Positions 1 through 8,981 of a DNA stretch of 64,000 nt are shown one piece after another. The notes beneath the pieces are model-generated. The model did not search any database, was not told the origin of the DNA, and worked only from the letters and a program-made list of their open reading frames with translations. The DNA is from Candidatus Saccharicenans sp. (GTDB lineage: Bacteria > Acidobacteriota > Aminicenantia > Aminicenantales > Saccharicenantaceae), in assembly GCA_026414545.1 (NCBI GenBank), contig JAOAIU010000062.1:30255-94254 (forward strand), in the 5' to 3' direction. The first letter of the stretch is position 1. The number at the start of each line of letters is the position of its first letter. A program made the translations under genes and the position numbers.

Positions 1-794
1 TAATCAAAACCGCCGACCTGGCCCTCGAAGATGGTTCCCTTGGTATTCGTGCTCTGCATGTCCTTGTTTCTATAGAAGAAGCTGACACTGCCGCTGAACC
101 GGTTGCCCCCGGACCTGGTAACCACATTGACCACGCCCCCGCGGACACTGCCGTATTCTGCCGGCAAGCCTCCGGTCTGGATTGATAGCTCTTCCATTAT
201 ATCCATGCCAAAATTGCCGGCCTGAGTTCCGGTCACCGGGTCGGTGATATTTACGCCGTCGATGTTATAGGTGTTATCTCTCTCGGAACTGCCATGGACC
301 GTGGTCGAGGTCACGCCCGGGGCCATATTGAAGAAAGTTCCGAGGTTTCTGGCAGCTGGCAGACTTTGAAGAACATCCCTGGTGATGCTGGCGGTCATGG
401 AGGTCCTCTGGATGTCGACGGTGGGAGCCATACCGGTAACTGTGATGCTCTCTTCCAGGGCTGACTGTTCCAGAGTTACATCCAGGGTGGTGGTAACGCC
501 GACGTTAACCTTGATGCCCTCGCGGATGAGCGTCTTGAATCCATGTAGCTTGAAGGTTACTGTATAATCCCCTGGAGGCAGGGCCGGAAAACGCCAGTTG
601 CCGTGCTCGTTAGTGATAGCCTCCATCGAGGGGAGAATCAGAGCTGGGGATTTGATGGAAACATTAACCCCGGGAAGCGGTTGCTTATCCTGGTCAAAGA
701 CCGTGCCATTCAGAGTTCCGGTCTGGGTAATCTGGGCCAGGACCGGGAAGGTGAACAGAGCGATGATCAGGATTGCTAAGAGAACTCTTCTCAC
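1..794 (-). CDS. TonB-dependent outer-membrane receptor, N-terminal part (signal peptide + carboxypeptidase-regulatory-like domain + plug); rest of gene is off-window
   Basis: Absent from the ORF track because it runs off the left edge. Manual reverse translation from GTG at 794 (GGAGGG 4 nt upstream) gives VRRVLLAILIIALFTFPVLAQ / ITQTGTLNGTVFDQDKQPLPGVNVSIKS..GDYTVTFKLHGFKT..ITVTGMAPTVDIQRTS..YNIDGVNITDP..RGGVVNVVTRSG. This is the usual CarboxypepD_reg + TonB-plug pattern. Confidence 0.8.
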   Translation of the reverse strand, partial: MRRVLLAILIIALFTFPVLAQITQTGTLNGTVFDQDKQPLPGVNVSIKSPALILPSMEAITNEHGNWRFPALPPGDYTVTFKLHGFKTLIREGIKVNVGVTTTLDVTLEQSALEESITVTGMAPTVDIQRTSMTASITRDVLQSLPAARNLGTFFNMAPGVTSTTVHGSSERDNTYNIDGVNITDPVTGTQAGNFGMDIMEELSIQTGGLPAEYGSVRGGVVNVVTRSGGNRFSGSVSFFYRNKDMQSTNTKGTIFEGQVGGFD

Positions 795-1231
795 ATTTCC
801 CTCCTTTCCAAAAAAATCCTTCTCCTAAAATGCCCTTATCCCTTTTTTAATGTTCCTACCTTTTGGTTATCACCTCCTTCTTAAAGAATTAAATTCGTAA
901 ATTGCCTTTCTTTTTTTCTCTCGCCAAGCAAATTTTGTGCCAAATATTTTTATCTTTTAACTATAAGAAAATAAATTACTTAAGACATTTTCCAACCGGT
1001 TTTTGTTCAATCTATTGAATTTAAATCCAAAATATTGAACGGGCTTAATGAACTTCATGAACAGTTTCAGGCGCCTAGTGCTGACCTTATTTTTAGCAAA
1101 CTTGCTGAGGAAAAGAAGAATAAAGACTTGATGTTACTACCGGAGCAGACTGTCATGCTTTAAGATATTCCGGAACGAAGAAAGAGCTTCAACTGGTGAA
1201 TTGTTAGGGAAAGATATCCTGTCCCGATACC

Positions 1232-1260
1232 TTGAAGTACCTGACCGCCTGGGCTAATAT
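1232..1260 (+). promoter_or_regulatory. sigma70-type promoter for tRNA-Arg
   Basis: TTGAAG (1232-1237) - 17 nt - TAATAT (1255-1260). The predicted TSS lies a few nt before the tRNA 5' end at 1269. Confidence 0.55.
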
Positions 1261-1268
1261 AACGGGGT

Positions 1269-1342
1269 GCGCCCGTAGCTCAGCTGGATAGAGCGAAGGA
1301 CTTCGAATCCTGAGGTCGGGAGTTCGAATCTCCCCGGGCGCG
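1269..1342 (+). tRNA. tRNA-Arg (anticodon TCG)
   Basis: 74-nt cloverleaf: acceptor GCGCCCG/CGGGCGC, D-arm GCTC-AGCTGGATA-GAGC, anticodon loop CT-TCG-AA, T-arm GGGAG-TTCGAAT-CTCCC, discriminator G. CCA is not encoded. Confidence 0.93.
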
Positions 1343-1387
1343 TATTATCTTTTTATCTGATTTTGCCCGCCTTCTATCAAATGATAG

Positions 1388-1416
1388 TTGACAAACGGAA
1401 ATTTGAGCCATAGATT
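1388..1416 (+). promoter_or_regulatory. sigma70-type promoter for the 1434 gene / hemW operon
   Basis: TTGACA (1388-1393) - 17 nt - TAGATT (1411-1416), followed by SD AGGAGGGG and a TTG start at 1434. Confidence 0.5.
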
Positions 1417-1433
1417 CGTATCAGGAGGGGAAA

Positions 1434-1895
1434 TTGGAACGCATCAAGGCTGAGAAATACTTTCTTTCTCCCGTGTCCAGGAAACTGGTGGAAATAATAG
1501 AGAAGAATGCCTCAGAATTGACCCAGGCCTACCTCCAGGATATAAAGCGACATCCCAACATGCCCACCTATCAATCTTTCCCCGAAAAAGAAGTCTATGA
1601 CCGGGCCTACCTGGTCTTCAGCCAGCTCGGCCGCTGGATCTCCTACGAGCTGGATTCGGATGAGATGAAGAAATACTGGATTGAGCTGGGCAGGAAGAGG
1701 CGGCAGGAGGGCTTTGCCTTGCCCGAGATATTTCTGTCTCTTTGCCTCATAAGAAAAGAACTCTGGGCCAAGATTCAGACCGAGGGTCTTCTCGACAATG
1801 CCCTCGACCTTTACCAGGCCCTGGAGCTGTACAACCGGATCGTCACCTTTTTTGACCGGGCCCTTTATTATGCTATCATAGGCTACCATAGTTAA
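1434..1895 (+). CDS. hypothetical all-helical protein; possibly an RsbR-N / sensor-globin-like stand-alone domain
   Basis: 153-aa ORF with TTG start after AGGAGGGG. Heptad-rich helical sequence (..IRKELWAKIQTEG..LYNRIVTFFDRALYYAIIGY) resembles, from memory, the non-heme globin N-domain of RsbR. 31 nt upstream of hemW. Confidence 0.6.
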   Translation: MERIKAEKYFLSPVSRKLVEIIEKNASELTQAYLQDIKRHPNMPTYQSFPEKEVYDRAYLVFSQLGRWISYELDSDEMKKYWIELGRKRRQEGFALPEIFLSLCLIRKELWAKIQTEGLLDNALDLYQALELYNRIVTFFDRALYYAIIGYHS

Positions 1896-1926
1896 CTTCC
1901 TGTCGGGTTATCCAGGCTTTTTTCCG

Positions 1927-3102
1927 ATGGAATCATACCGTGAGCTCGTCATTAGGCCAATGAAAGAAAGTCATCAGAAGTCAGAAACTGGACTGTATAT
2001 TCACTATCCCTTCTGCCAGCAAAAGTGTTGTTACTGTCACTTTGCCAGCTCGCTCTTCGAACGGGAGCTTCACCAGAAGTGGCTGGCGGCGATAAGGGGA
2101 GAAATCCAGAAAGCCGCTGCCTCCTTTTCTGATTATGTGGTTATAGATACGGTTTACCTTGGTGGCGGCACGCCATCCCTGCTGACTCCTGAGGAAGTCG
2201 GAGAGTTGCTGGCTTCAGTCCGGCAGAACTTTGATACCCAGCTTAATGAGGTAACCCTGGAAGTAAATCCCACAGCTGAGGTAGAAAGAATTGGGGATTG
2301 GCTCCAGACCGGGGTCAGCCGGTTCAGTTTCGGGGCTCAGTCTTTTGACCCGGTGGTGTTGAGGGTTCTGGGCCGTGACCATACTCCGGAACAGACCAGG
2401 CTGTTGGTGGAAGCAGCTCACAGAGCTGGAGCAGACAACATCGGCCTGGACTTAATGATCGGAGTCCCCGGGGAATCGCCACGTTCTCTTGAGGTTAACC
2501 TGGAAGCCCTGGCCGAACTGCGACCGGAACACGTATCGGTCTATCTGATGGAAGAACTGGAAAATGTTCCTTTCAGAAAAATATGGGAAAAAGATCCGGT
2601 GTCAGAAGAGAGGGCAGCCGAAACCTATGAAACGTACCGTTTTAGTCTGGAAGACAGGGGCTGGTTCCAGTATGAAATTTCCAATTTTGCCAGCTATGGT
2701 TATGAGTGTCAGCATAACTTGAAGTACTGGAAGTATCAACCCTTCCTTGGCATGGGGCCGGCCGCCTCCTCTCATCTCAGCAATTTTCGCTGGACCAATC
2801 CGACCGGCCTGGATGATTGGTTGGTCTTCCTGGATACGGGGAAGCCCGGCTTTTCTGAGTTTGTCGAATTGACTCCTGAGGAGGAGGTCAGGGAGTGTCT
2901 GGCTTCCCGCCTCAGGTTAAAAGAGGGGATTTCTCTTGAAGAGCTGGCCTGGCGGTTTCCCGAGGTGGATTTTTCCGCCTATGAACTGAAAATAAAGAGG
3001 CTGCTCGATGATGGTTTACTGCAAATTAATGACGGCCGGGTCAGAATTCCGTCCGAAAAATTTCTGGTGAGCAACTCGATTATTTCCGAGCTTATTTATT
3101 AA
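1927..3102 (+). CDS. hemW: radical SAM heme chaperone HemW / HemN-like coproporphyrinogen-III oxidase family
   Basis: 391 aa. Radical SAM motif YIHYPFCQQKCCYCHF (CxxxCxxC), then GGGTPS, and a HemN_C-like C-terminus. Confidence 0.9.
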   Translation: MESYRELVIRPMKESHQKSETGLYIHYPFCQQKCCYCHFASSLFERELHQKWLAAIRGEIQKAAASFSDYVVIDTVYLGGGTPSLLTPEEVGELLASVRQNFDTQLNEVTLEVNPTAEVERIGDWLQTGVSRFSFGAQSFDPVVLRVLGRDHTPEQTRLLVEAAHRAGADNIGLDLMIGVPGESPRSLEVNLEALAELRPEHVSVYLMEELENVPFRKIWEKDPVSEERAAETYETYRFSLEDRGWFQYEISNFASYGYECQHNLKYWKYQPFLGMGPAASSHLSNFRWTNPTGLDDWLVFLDTGKPGFSEFVELTPEEEVRECLASRLRLKEGISLEELAWRFPEVDFSAYELKIKRLLDDGLLQINDGRVRIPSEKFLVSNSIISELIY

Positions 3103-3386
3103 ATCTAATTAAATCTGTACCTTAGTTTCCCTGCTCAGTTTACCTGTTGGTGGGCGGGGCAGTCCTGGCCTCTGGATATCACCAGGCGCCCCTTAAATAT
3201 CCTGTGACCCACGGGGATCAGAAGGGAGCTGACCACTGGCGGCTTCAGGCCTTTTTCAGAGGCCTGTGGATAATCGGCAGCCTGAGTCCTGGAATGCTGG
3301 CCCGTGGCTTGAATTTGCTCCTGGCGGTCCGGCCTTTGAATTTTTTTACATTTATGCTAAAAATTTATAAAAACTATTGAGGACAG

Positions 3387-3827
3387 ATGGGCGAGAGGAA
3401 AATTAAGGTCAGTTGTTTTCAATGTGGTCAGACTAATTATTACCCGGAGGAGGCTGGCTCCAGGACGGTTGTCTGCGGCCGCTGCCGCAGTCCTTTGCCC
3501 CGGCCTGGTGACGTGGTGACCGTCAATCCAGTTCAGGCCATGAACCTGATCAGCCGCTCCAGCCTGCCGGTCCTGGTAGACTTCTATTCCGATTCCTGCG
3601 GTCCCTGTTTGCTGATGGCCCCGATTCTAGAAAGGCTGGCCCGGCGGCGGGCCGGGGAGCTCATGGTCATCAAGGTCGATGTGGAGAGGCATCAGGACCT
3701 ATCTGCTCAGCTGGGAATCACTGCTGTGCCTACTTTTATCGTTTTTCACAAGAATGCCGAACGGGGTCGGCTGTCCGGGGCCATGGGCGAAATGGACTTT
3801 TCTCTCTGGGTGGCTAAATTGACCTGA
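3387..3827 (+). CDS. thioredoxin 2-like protein (N-terminal zinc-ribbon + thioredoxin fold) with atypical SCGPC site
   Basis: 146 aa. Contains CFQCGQ..x17..CGRCRS (two CxxC pairs) and then VLVDFYSDSCGPCLLMAP, where the canonical sequence is WCGPC. Confidence 0.85.
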   Translation: MGERKIKVSCFQCGQTNYYPEEAGSRTVVCGRCRSPLPRPGDVVTVNPVQAMNLISRSSLPVLVDFYSDSCGPCLLMAPILERLARRRAGELMVIKVDVERHQDLSAQLGITAVPTFIVFHKNAERGRLSGAMGEMDFSLWVAKLT

Positions 3828-3836
3828 AGAGTCTCT

Positions 3837-5099
3837 TTATTCGGAAGAGCCGGGCAGGAAGTATCCCCGCCGGTGTCTGACCTGGTAGTCGCGACCGTTT
3901 TTGAGGTTGACCTGAATCTGTCTGAAACCCGACTGTTCGGGCTGCCGTTCTGATCGATAGAAGATTAGATAATATCCAGAGACATTTTCCGCAGATTTGC
4001 GGAGTCCTTCTACCGGGTTATAAGTGTTATCGGAAATTCCTCCGGTAGCCCTGGCTGCCTCGGTCAAGGCTTCATAGACATCTTCGGATTGCTCATTCAT
4101 CACCACGCCGCTGATGCGGACCGGTTTCTTGTCCAGGTAAACAAAATTGAAAATCGCTCCAGAGTCAGACAGAGACTGACTGATGGTTTCCTTGTCCAGG
4201 CTGGTTTCCCGGCGATAAAACTGGAACAATTCCATCAGGCTGTTGATGATATTCGGATAATCCTGGTAGCTGGACATCATCAGATTCAGGACCCTTGAGC
4301 TCAGCTCCGGTCGGAACTCTCGCTGATAGAAGAAGATGACTGTTTTCTGCCCCGGGGTTTTTTTCAGCGATTGGGCAAAAGCCAGGAACTTGCTCTGGTC
4401 GACCAGTCTGAGTCCATCCAGCTTGATGAGCGTATCCTGGTAGCGGGAGAGTATATACTCAATGCCGAAATTTGATGATATGGAATCTGATTCATTCTCC
4501 ACGTCCGGGTCCGCGCCCATGGACTCGCCGCCGAAGGTGGCCAGAGTCCGGGTTATTTTTTTCAAATCCCGCAGAACCGTGTTGTATTCGCGGCTGCCCT
4601 GGATGATATCGGCTCTCATGATATCCTGGATTTCCTGGCTGACCTTGGATTTTGGCTTACCCCTGAGAGTTTCAGGATTAAAGCGGTAGATCTTCAGGGG
4701 TGTGATCAGGGTCAGGTTATCTCCGGGCTGGAAATAATTATTGACCAGGAGGCTGATGGCATCGCCCAACTTCTTATCGTACTCGCTGGCCTGGACGATG
4801 ATGAAATAATTCTTGTTCAAGCTAACTTGGTATGGCCTTTCTTCCAGGAGCCTGGTCAGTTTGTTATTTTCCACCAGGTAAATTGATTCTATTTTCCGGG
4901 ACTGGCCGTCCTCCAGGATTTCAAAATCCTGTGGCCCGAGGTTGCGGACAAAATTGTTTTTTTGAAGCACTCTGACCGCTACCGAAGAGTAATATTCTGG
5001 ATCGGCCTGGGAACGGACTCTGGCCTGAAGGTTTCCCAGGATGATGACCAGGGTTGCGGCCAGTATGAAAATAAAAAAACGCCTGTTTTCCGGCTTCAT
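3837..5099 (-). CDS. exported VWFA-related domain protein (TIGR03436-like)
   Basis: Start moved to ATG 5099 (MKPENRRFFIFILAATLVIILG signal/anchor; GGAGGG upstream). The track start at 5192 would overlap tRNA-Leu. The overall pattern resembles acidobacterial VWFA-related proteins. Confidence 0.65.
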   Translation of the reverse strand: MKPENRRFFIFILAATLVIILGNLQARVRSQADPEYYSSVAVRVLQKNNFVRNLGPQDFEILEDGQSRKIESIYLVENNKLTRLLEERPYQVSLNKNYFIIVQASEYDKKLGDAISLLVNNYFQPGDNLTLITPLKIYRFNPETLRGKPKSKVSQEIQDIMRADIIQGSREYNTVLRDLKKITRTLATFGGESMGADPDVENESDSISSNFGIEYILSRYQDTLIKLDGLRLVDQSKFLAFAQSLKKTPGQKTVIFFYQREFRPELSSRVLNLMMSSYQDYPNIINSLMELFQFYRRETSLDKETISQSLSDSGAIFNFVYLDKKPVRISGVVMNEQSEDVYEALTEAARATGGISDNTYNPVEGLRKSAENVSGYYLIFYRSERQPEQSGFRQIQVNLKNGRDYQVRHRRGYFLPGSSE

Positions 5100-5159
5100 C
5101 AATTTCCCTCCGTTCTTGTTGAGTGTTTTTTTGGTCAAATATTTAACCGGTAAGAAGAA

Positions 5160-5247
5160 TGCCGAAGAGGGGACTCGAACCCCTACTCCCATTTTTGCGG
5201 GAACTAGCCCCTCAAGCTAGCGTGTCTGCCAATTCCACCACTTCGGC
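5160..5247 (-). tRNA. tRNA-Leu (anticodon GAG), class II
   Basis: 88 nt: acceptor GCCGAAG/CTTCGGC, anticodon stem CTAGC/GCTAG with loop TT-GAG-GG, 19-nt variable arm, T-arm AGGGG-TTCGAGT-CCCCT, discriminator A. Lies 13 nt downstream of secG. Confidence 0.93.
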
Positions 5248-5260
5248 ATTCCTGCCTTTT

Positions 5261-5635
5261 TTATTTCTTGCCTGTATTTTCCGATTTTTGTTCGGTCTTT
5301 TCAGTGCTGGCCGGGGGTGTCTGCGATTTCTGTTCCTGGGTAGCAGGTTGAGTCTGGGCAGCAGCCGGGGTTCCCTTAGCCGGAACGTTCTTGACCACCG
5401 AGGAGGTTTTCCCGGAAATAAGCCAGAGTCCAAGCGAAGTTACCATGAACAGGATGGCGCAAACGGTGGTTACCTTGCCCAGCAGGGTCTGGGCCCCTCT
5501 GGGGCCGAAGGCCGTCTGACTACCGGCGCCGCCGAAGGCTCCGGCCAGGTCAGCCGCTTTGCCGGATTGCAGCAGAACGGCCAGAATCAAGACTATGCAA
5601 ATAATAACGTGAACCGTAACCAGTAAAGCTGTCAC
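5261..5635 (-). CDS. secG: preprotein translocase subunit SecG with low-complexity C-terminal tail
   Basis: 124 aa. The sequence [48 protein letters not shown] is classic SecG. An extra roughly 45-aa P/T/Q/K-rich tail follows. Confidence 0.9.
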   Translation of the reverse strand: MTALLVTVHVIICIVLILAVLLQSGKAADLAGAFGGAGSQTAFGPRGAQTLLGKVTTVCAILFMVTSLGLWLISGKTSSVVKNVPAKGTPAAAQTQPATQEQKSQTPPASTEKTEQKSENTGKK

Positions 5636-5636
5636 T

Positions 5637-6416
5637 TTAATCCCTCACTGCGCGGAGAGCCTCTCTGGCTATGCCCAGGAACGACTCAGCTTCGAGAGAA
5701 GCTCCGCCTACTAAAAATCCATCAACGTCCTTTTCCCTGGCTAAGGACAGGGCGTTGTTCGGTTTCACAGAACCGCCGTAAAGGATTATAGCATAATCGG
5801 CCAGGGTTTTTCCATACCGGGAAGCTATCAGGCTCCTGATGAAGGCCTGTACTTCCTCTGCCTGTTCCGGGGTGGCATTCAGGCCGGTTCCTATGGCCCA
5901 GATGGGTTCGTAGGCCAGGACTACCCGGCTGAAGCTCGATGCATCCAGGGCGAAAAGGCTGTTTTCGAGCTGGGTCTGGATTCGGTTCAGGGTCTGGCCT
6001 TTTTCTCTTTCTTCAAGAGTTTCGCCGATACAAACGATGGGAGTCAGCTCATGATTCAAAGCGGCCAGGACCTTTTTGCGCACAGTCTCATCAGTCTCGC
6101 CAAAGAACTGTCTTCTTTCTGAGTGGCCGATGATCACAAAATCGCAGCCGGCCTCCTTGAGTTGCAGGGGAGAAATTTCTCCGGTGAAAGCGCCCTTTTC
6201 TTCCCAGAAGAGGTCCTGGGCCCCGACTGCGATGTCTGTCCCTGAGACAGTTCTCTTTACTTCCTGAATGGCCGTGAAGGGCGGAATGAGAATTAAAGCA
6301 GCCTCACTGACTTCGGGAAAACCGCGGGCCACGCTTGCGGCCAGTTCCCTGGCCTCGGCGATGGTCTTGTGCATTTTCCAGTTACCGGCGATGACCGGTT
6401 TCTTTATAACCGCCAT
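5637..6416 (-). CDS. tpiA: triosephosphate isomerase
   Basis: 259 aa. Motifs [15 protein letters not shown] and [11 protein letters not shown]. Confidence 0.97.
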   Translation of the reverse strand: MAVIKKPVIAGNWKMHKTIAEARELAASVARGFPEVSEAALILIPPFTAIQEVKRTVSGTDIAVGAQDLFWEEKGAFTGEISPLQLKEAGCDFVIIGHSERRQFFGETDETVRKKVLAALNHELTPIVCIGETLEEREKGQTLNRIQTQLENSLFALDASSFSRVVLAYEPIWAIGTGLNATPEQAEEVQAFIRSLIASRYGKTLADYAIILYGGSVKPNNALSLAREKDVDGFLVGGASLEAESFLGIAREALRAVRD

Positions 6417-6550
6417 GTTTATTTCCTCTATTTCTTTTCTGTTTTGATCAGGCCGCAGCTAGCCAGAAATAAATTACCAGATTCCTTCTCTCTGAGGGAG
6501 CGATGAACATTTTTTTGCTTAAAAAACCCGCTCTGGTCTGCAGCCTATTA

Positions 6551-7729
6551 TTATTCCAGGGCTTCGATTCCAGGCAAAGTACCATAAGCCACAAACTCCA
6601 GAGAAGCCCCGCCACCGGTGGAGATATGACTTATTTTACCGGCCAGTCCGGCCTTGTGGATGGCGGCAATGGAATCCCCGCCCCCGACTACCGACAGGGC
6701 TCCGGATTCGGCCACAGCCCTGGCAATTTCTACCGTTCCGCGGGAAAAGGCCTCCACCTCAAACACCCCCAGCGGACCGTTCCAGAAAATAGTCCTGGCT
6801 GATTGAATAAACTTCCTGTATTCGGCAATGGTCTTGGGCCCGATGTCCACTCCCATCAAGTCTTCGGGCAGAGGGTAGCTATCGGCAATGGCTGCTGCTT
6901 CCCGGCTGTCGATAGAAGAAGAGAGGATGTGGTCCACCGGGAGCAGGAGTTTGACTCTGTTTTCTTCAGCTTTTTTCATTATCTGTCCGGCAATCTCCAG
7001 TTTATCTTCTTCAACCAGGGATTTCCCGACCTGTAAGCCGCGGGCTTTGAGGAAAGTATAGGCCATGGCTCCGCCGATCAGCAAGGCGTCGGCCTTGTTC
7101 ACCAGGCTTTCCAGGACAGGAATCTTGTCCTCTATCTTGGCCCCACCCAGGATGGCTACGAAAGGCTTCTGGGGATTGTCGGTGATCTTTTTCAGGTAAT
7201 CAACTTCCTTTTTCAGCAGGTAACCAGCCGCTTTTTCGGGAACGAACGAAGCTATGCCCACCACCGAAGCGTGGGCCCGGTGGCAGGAACCGAAAGCATC
7301 GTTAACAAAAACCTGGCAGCCTTCGGCCAGCTGACGGGAGAATTCCGGGTCGTTATCGGTTTCCTGCTTGTAGAAGCGGACGTTTTCCAGGAGCAATAGC
7401 TCTCCCTCTTTCAACCCGGCCTTGAGCCGGTTGACCTCGGGGCCGATGACATCGGGAGCCATGACGATATTGGTTCCAGGCAGGAGCTGGCCGAGACGCC
7501 CGGCCACAGGCTTCAGGCTCATTTTGGGGTTGAATTGACCCTTGGGTCGGCCCAGGTGAGAGGCCACCACCAGCCTGGCCCCTTTTTGCAGCAGGTACTT
7601 TATGCTCGGCAGCGAAGCCTGAATTCTGGTGTCGTCACGAATATTCAGGTTTTCATCAAGGGGAACGTTAAAGTCCACCCTCAGGAAGATGGTCTTGCCT
7701 TTAACTTCAATTTCTTCCAGAAATTTCAT
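6551..7729 (-). CDS. pgk: phosphoglycerate kinase
   Basis: 392 aa. Motifs [17 protein letters not shown] and [10 protein letters not shown]. Confidence 0.97.
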   Translation of the reverse strand: MKFLEEIEVKGKTIFLRVDFNVPLDENLNIRDDTRIQASLPSIKYLLQKGARLVVASHLGRPKGQFNPKMSLKPVAGRLGQLLPGTNIVMAPDVIGPEVNRLKAGLKEGELLLLENVRFYKQETDNDPEFSRQLAEGCQVFVNDAFGSCHRAHASVVGIASFVPEKAAGYLLKKEVDYLKKITDNPQKPFVAILGGAKIEDKIPVLESLVNKADALLIGGAMAYTFLKARGLQVGKSLVEEDKLEIAGQIMKKAEENRVKLLLPVDHILSSSIDSREAAAIADSYPLPEDLMGVDIGPKTIAEYRKFIQSARTIFWNGPLGVFEVEAFSRGTVEIARAVAESGALSVVGGGDSIAAIHKAGLAGKISHISTGGGASLEFVAYGTLPGIEALE

Positions 7730-7746
7730 TTTTCCCCTCCCGGGGT

Positions 7747-8787
<1,041 letters not shown>

Positions 8788-8800
8788 TTAAGTTTATAAA

Positions 8801-8829
8801 AATCTATCACAGATGACAGATTTTGGCAA
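8801..8829 (-). promoter_or_regulatory. sigma70-type promoter for gap-pgk-tpiA-secG
   Basis: On the minus strand: TTGCCA (8829-8824) - 17 nt - TAGATT (8806-8801). An AT-rich leader of roughly 45 nt ends in AAGGAGG before ATG 8751. Confidence 0.5.
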
Positions 8830-8981
8830 CCAAGGTGGGGTGGCTGACCCTATCCTCATCTCTTAGTTCTTCGTTGATTAGGGCCGTGGTCAGACCGGTC
8901 TCCAGGGCTGGGTTATGGCCAACTATGGCTTTCTCCGTGCTCATTTTTTATGATAATATCCTTAGAGGTTGAGGTGAAAAA

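Noticed and set aside
868-880. Plus-strand TATCACCTCCTTC resembling the 3' end of 16S rRNA.
   Set aside because: There is no rRNA sequence context on either side; the surroundings are AT-rich intergenic DNA. It is better read as the complement of an SD-like element in the receptor-gene leader, which is reported as a low-interest finding.
3147-3380. 77-aa ORF filling the hemW-trx spacer.
   Set aside because: It has a TTG start with no SD, an odd composition (W/G/R/L-rich), and its sequence coincides with stacked hairpins. It is treated as non-coding, though a small protein cannot be strictly excluded.
5100-5192. N-terminal extension of the VWFA-like ORF (track start 5192).
   Set aside because: The extension overlaps the tRNA-Leu gene (5160-5247) on the same strand. 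An internal ATG at 5099, with GGAGGG upstream and a signal/anchor sequence, is the credible start.
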